This document shows, in pieces, positions 40,550-50,382 of a DNA stretch of 64,000 nt (positions within the stretch are counted from its first letter, which is position 1; each line of letters begins with the position of its first letter). Origin of the DNA: Callorhinchus milii (lineage: Eukaryota); the NCBI RefSeq assembly GCF_018977255.1, contig NW_024704742.1, forward strand, positions 806,001 through 870,000, read 5' to 3'. The notes beneath the pieces were generated by a model, which saw only the letters and a list, made by a program, of their open reading frames with translations, did not search any database and was not told the origin of the DNA. The position numbers and the translations under genes are program-made.

Positions 40550-41456
40550 TGACATCCATGTATTAAAAGGAGGACCAAAAAAAAAAAAAAAATATATAGA
40601 ACTGGTTTTAATTAGTTTCAATTACGATTTTTTTTCCCATGATTCACAAACGAACAGAAGGCGACATACTCTGTGCGATTTTGAGGAATCGGTGGGTGGA
40701 CGATACGCGTTAGTCGAGGGGGGCTGTTTTGCAGGTGGAAAGCCATGGTTTTTAAACTCCTTTGAAATGAAGGGTTTTGTCTTCACCCACAGGCTGGGCC
40801 GGGTGGCACTTGCAATCCTGAGCCTGGTGCGCAGAACAGAAGCCGGTCCACATTAATATGAAGCGAGCCTGTGATAAGGGCTGTGGTTAGAAATGGCACT
40901 CAATCCTTGGCCAGGGAGGGAGGGTGAGGGTGAGGTGAGGTGGGAGATGGGGTGGGAGGCCGGGACATGGGGGGGTGAGGGGTGGGGGGAGGAAGGAAGG
41001 TAAAGGCACACATGTGTGCATCCGAGATTCCTCGCAGCGTTAAAAGAGCGTCGTCGCAAAATTTCAGATCACGCAGAGTTTTTGGAAAACCCTTCCCAGG
41101 TTTGGTTTGGATTCGGGATCAGCCGCTCTAAATCCCCGAAGACAACAGCAAGAAAAACAACAAACAAAAAAAAAAAAAAAACAAAAAAAAAAGCAGCTTC
41201 CAGATTAAGAGCGAATTTCAAACTTTCCGCACAGGGGCCCTCGTGTTTTTAAAAAGACGACGACAGCCCTTAAGGCTGGGACTCTTGAGCAATATTTCGA
41301 GCCTCACGAGAGCAGAAAACAGGCACGGGGGGGAGGGCGGGGTGGGGGGGGGAAGGGTGGGTGGGGGTGGGGGGGAGGGTGGGGTGGGGGTGGTGGGGGA
41401 AGAGAGAAAAACAAGAAAACAAGGACACGCGAGGCTTCGCAAACCGCTGCTTCCCA
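40550..41456 (-). other. SPRY1: SPRY1 proximal 3'UTR
   Basis: Follows the stop, lacks interspersed repeats, has U-rich tracts. Short colinear motifs (ctgggaagctgc, gatttagag, cacagagtatgtcgcct) resemble human SPRY1 3'UTR as recalled. The lower boundary is uncertain. Confidence 0.65.
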
Positions 41457-42455
41457 TCAAGAAGGTTTGTCCTGCCCTCGCGTGGGGCAGCTCTTGACTT
41501 TGCAGTAGACAGTGTTGGAGTTCTTGCACCGGCACCCGGGCCGGTGCACCCAGTCATAGCAGCCCTGGCAGAGTTTGACGCAGCCCTTGGCCGGAAGGTA
41601 GCAAAGCAGACAGGGCAGGAACAAGGACATCAGACCCATGCAACAGAACCTGGAGCAGCAGTGGGAATGGGTGCACGAGCAAGGGCTGTCCGCGCACGAG
41701 TCCTCGTCGTCGCTGGAGCAGTGGTAGAAGACTCCCTTGACCAGGCACATGCAAGTGCCATACTCCACCGTGCTCTCGGCAGAGCACAGGCACTGCCTGT
41801 TGCAGGCCAGGCAGGAGGGCAGGGTCCTGGGTGCAGTGCACTCCCCGCACTTGCACCTCCCGCATCGCTCACATATAAACCTGTGCTTGGCCAAGTCCTC
41901 TTTCCCCAAGCACTTCAGCTCGTCGGACGCGCAGCCGGCCACGGCGGAGGGCTTGGGCTGGATCCGGATTGTCCGCTCCGCTCTGTGGTGGCCGGAGCTG
42001 AGCCGGGCGGGGGGCGAACGGCCCAGGAGGCCCTGCTCGGACGAGGCGCTGCTGTTGCTCCCCGAGCTGGCGGCGCTGCCTGTGCTGGTTGACCTGCTCA
42101 GCGCTGGCATCCTGCCGGCCGGTTGGTGGTGAGGGGCGTGCGGCTGCGGCTGAGGCTGCGGCTGAGAGGACCGCTGCTCATAGTTGTTGTTCACGTTGAT
42201 GGTTATGACTTCGTGAGTCCTCTCGTGCTTGTCATGTCGCTGCGCCGGCCGGCTGTTACTGCCCTTCTTGGCCGTTGTGGGCGCAGGACCTTCTGTGTAC
42301 TCGTTGCTGCTCCTGATGGCTTTGATCTGGTCGAGGGAGAGGATGGCAGTGTGTCTCAGCTCCCGCTCGTACTCCAGTCTCTGCCGACTGTCGAGGGAGG
42401 GTGGCTGGATCACGACTAATGAACCGCCACCGCCATGTTGACCTCGGGGCTCCAT
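41457..42455 (-). CDS. SPRY1: Sprouty RTK signalling antagonist 1, 332 aa, single coding exon
   Basis: SPRY1-type N-terminus (MEPRGQHGGGGSLVVIQPPSLDSRQRLEYERE), Cbl-binding NEYTEGP motif, Ser-rich SRSTSTGSAASSGSNSSASSEQGLLG, Cys-rich SPR domain, and C-terminus ..CPTRGQDKPS. ORF intact. Confidence 0.97.
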   Translation of the reverse strand: MEPRGQHGGGGSLVVIQPPSLDSRQRLEYERELRHTAILSLDQIKAIRSSNEYTEGPAPTTAKKGSNSRPAQRHDKHERTHEVITINVNNNYEQRSSQPQPQPQPHAPHHQPAGRMPALSRSTSTGSAASSGSNSSASSEQGLLGRSPPARLSSGHHRAERTIRIQPKPSAVAGCASDELKCLGKEDLAKHRFICERCGRCKCGECTAPRTLPSCLACNRQCLCSAESTVEYGTCMCLVKGVFYHCSSDDEDSCADSPCSCTHSHCCSRFCCMGLMSLFLPCLLCYLPAKGCVKLCQGCYDWVHRPGCRCKNSNTVYCKVKSCPTRGQDKPS

Positions 42456-42545
42456 CTGGGGTGATCACAACTTCCAGCATTCACCGTGGACCTGGCGGGC
42501 ATCGGAAACTCTGCCGGGGGTGGGGTGGGGGGAAAGGAAGAGAAA
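42456..42545 (-). promoter_or_regulatory. SPRY1: SPRY1 coding-exon 5'UTR (55 nt, 42510-42456) and 3' splice acceptor (CAG ending at 42511)
   Basis: Minus strand reads ttttttctcttcctttccccccaccccacccccggCAG|agtttccgatgcccgccagg...ccccagATG. As I recall, human SPRY1 also has an acceptor ~55 nt before the ATG. Confidence 0.8.
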
Positions 42546-45500
42546 AAATATCTTTAAATCAAAACCTGCCATTGCGTAGAGCCATTCAATAGTAACAGAA
42601 ACAACAACATTACATTTATAGAGCGCCTTTCACATCGGGAGGACGTCCAAGGCTGTGGACAGTTAAGGGTTAGCAACTTGAGCTGAGGGTTGGGATCAGA
42701 AAGGGCTGGAGGAGCAAGTGGGGTTGGTAGTGGGAAGATGTCTAAAGGCAAGGTCGAGGTGGAAGGTCTCGAGATGAGCCTCGAGATACGCAAGGGAGGG
42801 GAAAGCATTGGAAATTTAGGATAGGTGAAGAGGGTTGGAGGAGACTGCAAAGATAGAGAGAGAGGGGCATGTTCATTGCTGGCAAATGACACACAGATGA
42901 ATATTTTTTGCTATCACAAGGGAGTCCTAGGCTTTGGCAACAGGGATACACTCCGAAGGCCTTTAAAACCCCAAAACCTATCCTCATCCTGCACATCGAA
43001 CGAGCAGTGGGTCCCACTGGAGCTCCAGTGAACGAGGGAGCCCTAATGGTTCCAGCAGCAGAGAGTTCATTGGTGCTTGATCAGCGAGTTTGGCTGTAGC
43101 CCAGGGAAACTTCCCAATCCTCAGATGGGTAGGTCTTATTAGATCTGGGACAGCCAGATCTTAAGAGGGGAGGGGAGAGGAGGGAAGCAAATTGGAAGCC
43201 AGTCCAGTCAAATTCCGCAAATGGGCATAAAACCTGATCACATTAGCTCCGGGCTGAAAGCAAATCACAGTAAGAGCACCAATTCTAACAGGGGGAAAAT
43301 AACAAGTTTATTCTTTTAGAATTAGGTTCATACTTGTTAAAGTCAGCCCTGAATTGCAGGTACAATATCAGTATTTCCCAATAATAATCATCCGCAGAGA
43401 TGTCGTGCTTAGTTACGAACGCTGCAAAGGAAATTTCAGTAAATTAAGTTACCTTTTATTCGCGCTCCCCCCGCCCGCCCACCTCCCCAACCCCACCACT
43501 ACCTCCATTAAGTGGGTAGACCTGTTGCTAGGCGAGCAGCAATGCTGCTAAGGTTGACTATGGGCGTATATTGAAGGGAGGAGGCAGTGTGGAGGGGGGA
43601 TAAGCACTTGGCATCTACTCTTCTCCTATTGCCAGTGGTACAGGCCAGATTAGGAAACATAGTCACACACAAAAATCCAGCTCCTATCTCTCCAACGCAG
43701 AACAAATAATGATAATAAAAATAATCCTTGCTTTTGATATACTGAAGCACCAATTTGTTTTATATGCGATTATATTCCAGATGGTAGCAATCTAGATTAT
43801 GTAAATACCCATGTACATTTTCCTTCCTGTCTCTTTGGCTGTCCAAAACAAAGACTTATTTTTCCTAGCCTGCTGCATTTAGGATTTCTACACTTCTCCA
43901 CATGTAGACATGACTGTCAAGATCAGAATCAGAACAAAATTTTCTTTATTCCAACCTTTGCACAATGACATTTACACAGCGTCCAAGGTGAGGGAAAAGC
44001 TCACTGGTAACAATGCTCACGCTTACATCTCTGTGAACCTAACCTACCACTTTTCCAAAGGTTCGGTTCACTGCCTTGTGCGAAAGTACCAAAATAAAAC
44101 AGTTGCAACATCAACACCAATACAGTCTAAAATCCCTGTCTATTGTTGCGCAGAACTGAACGCCTCGATTACAAGAGAGAGAAAAACGTGAAGTTCACAT
44201 TCTTTACTGGTAAATACAGACGTTTTGTTTTCAGTTCTGAAATTGAGTAGACGTTCAGCACGACAAGTCCACTCCTAGCTCCATGGGTGAATGCACCACA
44301 TGGCGTGGGAATCAGCCAAATAGATCAAGAAGGTCCCACGTTTGATCTACATAGTGATAACTCATCCCAGTTGAGATGATGGAAAACACTGCAAATGATT
44401 TTTGCATGACCCTGCTCAACGGAAAATCAGATCTAGATTGCCATCCAACGGACCCCTGCTACAAGTGCATTTGCGGATGTTGGGGAGGGGGAACACAAAC
44501 TAAGCCCCAACTGTGATGTCCATATGCCCCCAAAAGAGACTGAGGACATGCACTGCCTATGCTCCCTTGTGACCAACAGCCGAGTGGGTAAATTACCAGA
44601 AGGAAGTGTAATCCAGGATCAGTTGGCACATTCAGGACAGCAAATGTTATGGAGATTCAAGACCAAGAAATGCACAACATTGCAATGTTCAAACATTGTC
44701 TGATGCTGCCAAATCTTTAGGACAGTCAGTAAAGGGGATGGATCCCTTCTCTCCTTACCTCCTCTCTACAATGGCAAAAATGTGGAGATTAACAATAGTT
44801 GAGGAACAGCAGTGCTACAACAGTAGAGAAAGCATCAGTGAAAGAATCCATTATATGGGACCACTAGAAGACTAGTCACTTTGCCTTTGAAATTAACACG
44901 CAAACACAAGCACACAAACACATAAGCAGTCACACAAACCAACACATACACACAGTTACCAGGCACTAGTTCAGGGCACTATTTTATAGGGTTAATCTGA
45001 AATCAAGAAAGTTCAGAATCCTGTTGTGACCATCACTCGTTGTGATTTATCTCAGCTAAACGGGTCTGCTCAGTGGAAGGAGTACCTCCAGTGAAGTGCT
45101 TTGGGAGAAACGATAGGATCTGCTCTGTAGCAAGTTCTAATGAGATCTGATACAGAACAAAATTGTGTGGGAGGGGAGCCTTCCGTAACCAATAGCACAC
45201 CTTGAAAATGTTTAAAAACCCTGCTCCGATAGTACGTGGTGGAGCAGAGTTCCTGTGAGTCTGCTTGACAGTCTTTATTTAGGAATCCTGTTAGATAATT
45301 GCCCCCACATTCGACCCCCAGCGGCTGATTTGCCGTTCTCAAAGATCGCCTCCTCCTGGATGGAAGACACAGCGATCTAGTGAGGGTCTCGGAGATGTGT
45401 GTGCTGTAAAGACCAGAAGGCAACAATGCAGGAGAGGAAATAGTCATGTTGTGACTGACAACTTGGTAGGGGTTGAATGGTAAAAAGGTGAGTGCAACAA

Positions 45501-45734
45501 ACAGAGAAAGCAGCGGTGCAATCTTTAGGAAAACAGTGCATTTCCTCCAGTACGTTTTTTTCCCCAATTGTAAATTCCCTCTTTGCGCAAGGAAACTAAT
45601 GTAAAACAGGCCCCGTAACGTGATAGGCAGTAACATTTTATTTAAGTGACACGGTGCGCCGTGTTCCAGTGTAGAACATGTGCTTAGTTTGATCGATGAG
45701 GTCTGTCTTGTACTGGGTTGCTAAAAATAGAGAT

Positions 45735-46027
45735 CTTTCGACAATAGAAGTTCGGATGAAGAAGGCCTTTTGGCCCATTTGCGCTCACCCTTCCAGAAAC
45801 CGACCCAACCACCTTCTCCTCACAGCGTCCAGCTCTTCCTTAAACGTCCAGTGTACTGGCTCCGATCACCCCGCCATGATAACCCATTCCACCCACTGAT
45901 CACCCTCTGCGTAAAGAATTCTGGGCTCAGATTACCTTGAACCTGTTTCTCCTGATGTGCCTATTTTTCCGGTTTTTGCTTTCTCCATTCTGATAGACGT
46001 CTTGTACATTTCTTAAGTTCCTCCACT
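45735..46027 (-). mobile_element. Decayed CR1 3' end abutting the inferred right inversion breakpoint
   Basis: gaaggccttttggccc..cattccacccactgatcaccctctgcgtaaagaa..ttgtacatttcttaagttcctcc. Confidence 0.7.
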
Positions 46028-46030
46028 GAC

Positions 46031-46795
46031 TGTAAGACACGTAGCAGCAAAATAGCTACGTTTTTCGCGATCAGCATATGGTAGATCCCCAGGATATGCA
46101 ATAGCGTTGAAAATCTTCCCCCCCCACCCCCTGTTTCTAGCCTACTTTGGTCTTGGTTTAAGTTTGAATTTATAGCCTATGTTGTATAGTACACAGGTAC
46201 AAAAAACCCTTTTGTATTGATCCCAATTGTTATGCATGTTGTACGAACGTTTTTCATTTTCTCTTACCGAAGAAATATCCTTTCAAATTGAACGGAGACT
46301 TGTGCTCATGAGCACCCACAGTGTCTGAATGTACAAATTGCCCACAAAATGTTCACAGGCTTCATCCATTCGAACTTTATTGTGACATCCATTGTTAAAT
46401 GTTGGGTTGGTTTTAATTCATGGGCCGAATTCTGGGTTTATTTTCTTCATTCTGCCCCAGTGAGCTCTTCATGCTTTTTGCCTCAGCCAAATTGTGGCTT
46501 TTTTTTTGTGTATATTTTATGTACAAAAGAAGAAGTTTTGAGGAATCCTGACTATTTTTAAAACTGTCTGTCAAAACTTTTTTGTTGTTGTTGTAAAGAA
46601 TATTTATTATGTGAAGCTCTATTATTTTATGGTATTTATTTCAAAAGCTGTCTGAAATTTTACTCATTTCTGAAATATAACAAATATCATTACTTACTGA
46701 GAAAATTAAGGGTTGGCACAAAAGAAAAATGCATATGTTAACTATAAGGCAGAAATATATAAATTAATGAAAATACCTTTTTGTGTGTTGTCTGA
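46031..46795 (+). other. SPRY1: Distal SPRY1 3'UTR and poly(A) region, on the opposite strand to the CDS
   Basis: 46465-46775 (aaattgtgg..tgtatattttatgtac..ctgactattttt..tgtaaagaatatttattatg..ctctattattttatggtatttatt..catatgttaactataa..attaatgaaa) matches my recollection of the human SPRY1 mRNA 3' end. It has AU-rich elements, AATATA/TATAAA at 46754-46763 and a GU-rich downstream element at 46778-46794. Confidence 0.78.
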
Positions 46796-48032
46796 ATCAT
46801 TTAATTCCTGTTCCCATGTAGTAACAGTGATAATAGACCTCGCGTTAGATTTAGCGCCTTATCACATTGTCGAGATGTCTCAAAGTGCTTCTCAGGATGT
46901 TACTGTAGTGACCAAATGTGTTGAAGATGAGCTGCTACACGTTAAGAAGGCGGTTTTTCGCTGTGTCAGTGAAAGGGGAAAACGCTTGTCTGTGGCTACT
47001 CTGCTCTCGGTGTTGGTCAGTTCCCGATTCAACACAGTGTGAGAACAGCATTTCCGTGTCAGGCTCCAAAACACACTCGATGTTACAGTAAATCCTGTGA
47101 AGCGATTTTGAGACGTCCTCCTGACGTGAAAGGTCCCTTTAATCAAATGCAAGGTTTATTGTTTTTAACAAATGTGCAGATTTGACAATCTTTTATAATC
47201 AGCCGTCACTTCATTTCTTTTTTTTTTTTAAAAAAAGAAATCTGCATGAAAAGCCCGACGGAGAGGGTAAACAAAAAGAGCTGCGATGCTTAAAGCCCAG
47301 GAGGGATTAACAATAATAATAATAATCCTTGCATTTGATACAGCACCTTATCACATCTTCGAGACGTCTCAAAGCGCTTCATAGGATACACTGTAAAGTG
47401 AATTGACTGTATATTTTGTGGGGGAAATGTGGCAGGCGATTGCGCACAGCAGTGAGTATCCCACAAACAGACGCCTTCAGTAACTAAGCCAGGGTGGGAA
47501 TTCCTTCTACTGATTTCTGGAAAGCACAAGGAATAGCAGCTGAGGACAGGATGGGGCTGGGCTGGGCTGCGATGCCCTCTGTGGTTGAGTTAGCTCCAGG
47601 CGATCGCTGCCTAGACTCACACTTGAAGAGTGGATGTTTGGACAAGGGCTGGTGGCGCCTGTGGAACAACTGCACAAACTGGCTCCTCCACAGCGGAGGA
47701 ACCGAGAGAATTAAGAGAGAAAAGGGGAGGCTTGGAAAAACAAGTCTCACGCCAGTCAATACTTCCAGGTAATTTGATTTAGCATCGCTGGGCATTAAAA
47801 ACCTGATGAAACGTGGAATGTTTTCAAGCCTGTGGTACATTGCGCCTGGTTGAGGAATTTCTTTCTATAAGTCAGGAGTAGATGGGAAGTGTTTTTGGTA
47901 ACTTGAAGAAGGTTCCTGCTTATTTGGAGCTGCAGTGATCTTTGGATAAAGATCCTAATTGTACTCGGATTGCTACTAATTGAATCCAGCGTGTTACGAC
48001 AGGACTATCACTCAGTGCTCTGTTGCCGGGTA

Positions 48033-48406
48033 TTAATAATAATAATTATTCTTGCCTTTGATATAGCGCTTTCCACATTTTCTAGATGTCTCAAAGCGCT
48101 TCACAGAATATACTGTAAAGTGAGTTGACTGTATATTTTGTTGGCAAAGACGGTAGCCGATTGCGCACAGCCGCCTCCCACAAGCAGTCGTGGATTGAGT
48201 GACCAAATTATTACTTTATTGTTGAAGGAATTATTACCCCCGGAAAAGCGATCCGCCAATTGACTAACAACCAGGTGCCTACTTACCGCTGGTAAACAGG
48301 GACGTGGGGAGTAAGGAAACTTGCTTTAAGATTCAGCCTTGCCCGGGAATCAAACCCGGGTCCTCTCGCTTGCGAGGAGAGCGTGTTAACCACTGAGCTA
48401 CAGGAC
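48033..48406 (-). mobile_element. SINE family A, full length
   Basis: Same head, body and tail as the 6989 and 17855 copies. Confidence 0.9.
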
Positions 48407-49879
48407 AGCGGGAAACTGACCCGTCCAACGCAGAAACAATGCGTCAAATCGTGCTGAAGGTGACCATGTTATTCCACCCTCAAAAAACAGCCTAACGCCT
48501 GTGAGGCGGTGTCAGTCGATGACAGGTTTCAGTTTTGGCTTTGGCCCAGGACTAGCCCTTGCGGTGTGGCTGGTGTTTTTCTGTTCCACTCCGCAATCCC
48601 AGGAACCGGTGTATAAAGCAACAGGGTTTTCCTAAGGTTCGCTCAGAATTTCACACCACAACTTGCGATGGAAGTTATTCGCATTCTGCGTCGGAAACCA
48701 CAAACACCTGGGGTGTCTGGGATTCGGTGCTCGGTGCATTCTTTGAAGGGAAAGAGCAATCGCTTTCAAGAGAGTGAGAGTTTAAAGGCGCCTGTTGCCC
48801 TGTAAAGCTCGGATTGCATCTCTTCACGATCGTTTTTCACACCGACCGTGAAAAACGTGGTTAAATCTATGTGCTAAATTGGGTTTTTTATTTTTAAGGG
48901 GTTTTATCGACAGCAATTTTCTGGCCCAAAGCTTTCTTTTATTCATGCGCTGACTGACCCCCGTTTCTGGTACATCTGCACAAATGCTTGCTTCGCTCAC
49001 TGAAAGGCTCCTTGGTATTTTTCCAAGGATCAGAATTTATTCTCTGCCAAAACCTTCTGCCGTGACCCCAGTGCAGCAGGGCGTGTGTGCAATTTGTGCT
49101 ATTTCAAACAAGGAAGAAAGGTGAAGACTTTGAGAGCCCCTTGTGCTGTGCTTACAGCTCTTAAAGGAAGCAACTCTGGCCCTGCCACAGCGAGATTTAT
49201 ACTCCCGGTACTCAGTATTTCACTGTAAAGCAGTTTCAGATGACATGTGATAGAAGACATGCTCATTGGCTCGCAAAGTAAGACTGAATTCAATTTCCAA
49301 AGGATTAAAAATATACCTTTGGGGGGAAATAATTACACTGCAGTAAATGTTAACCGATACATTTGAAGGTGCCTGTCCTATGCTTTTAATTTAGTTTTGT
49401 ATCGTTGACATTAGAGGGCTGAAGGTCTCTTCCGTGACGGTGTCTGAAACTGCACTTTAAAGCTTCTTTTTACGCGTAGTGTTTGAAAAAGGGGTGTCCT
49501 CCAGAATCGCTGGAGGTACAGTTGTGACCGACCCCCGTGCTTCTCAATGGTGTGACGCTCAATGAGCCGTGACCTTGGAGGTAATGAAAAATAATAATAA
49601 TAATGATCCTTGCATTTGATACAGCGCCTCATCACTTCTTCGAGACGTCTCGAAGCGCTTCACAGGATATGCTGTAGAGTGTATCTTTTGTGGGCGAAAC
49701 GCAGCAGCCAATTGCGCACAGCAGCGTTCCCCACACACGTCACCCTTCTGGGTATGCACGACCATTGTTCCAGGAAAGAGTCTGTGTGTTGAGCTGAGGC
49801 AAGAAACCCATTCTTTTTGCTCTGGGTTTTTAATGCTGCGCGATTTTAAAATAGCAACTTGCTTTTATATAATGCCGTG

Positions 49880-50382
49880 TCTTCTCCCGCACCAAGCTCC
49901 ACGATCCTATCACCCCCACCCTCGCCTGGCTTCCCGGCTCCCAGAGAGAGGGTAGAGATCGAGATCATCATCCTCGCTTTCAAAGCCCTCCATAGCCTTG
50001 CTCCTCCCTCCCTCCCTCCCTTCCTTTCCGCTGTGACCTGCTTATTACCCCTTACTAACCTGTCCGCTCCCTCCGCTCAGCAGGCTCTGGCCTGCTGAAC
50101 GTACCCGGCCTGGCCCGCTCCACCTTCGCCAGTTGGTCCTTCAGCCTCTCTGCCCCCACCCTTAGGAGCTTCATCCCACGGTCCCTTCACATCACGCACC
50201 CCCTCCCTTGCCTCCTTCAAGGCCCTTCTGAAAACCCTCCTCTTCGATCATGTCTTCGCTTACCCTCCTGCCTCCAATCTCTGTCCTCTACCCTCCTGAT
50301 CCTAACCTCAAATCCTTCAATGTCCAGCACCTTGGGATATCCTCCCGACATGAAAGGCGCTCTACAAAGGAAATTTGTTGTT
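49880..50382 (+). mobile_element. L2 LINE 3' fragment; others at ~7786-8190(-), 11680-11952, 13845-14185, 18330-18570(-), 28250-28560, 42595-42860(-), 50690-50870(-)
   Basis: IIILAFKALHSLAPP peptide; ends aaaggcgctctacaaaggaaatttgttgtt. Confidence 0.82.

Noticed and set aside
41361..42132. 243-aa and 131-aa plus-strand ORFs
   Set aside because: Antisense shadows of the GC-rich SPRY1 CDS with no recognisable domain.
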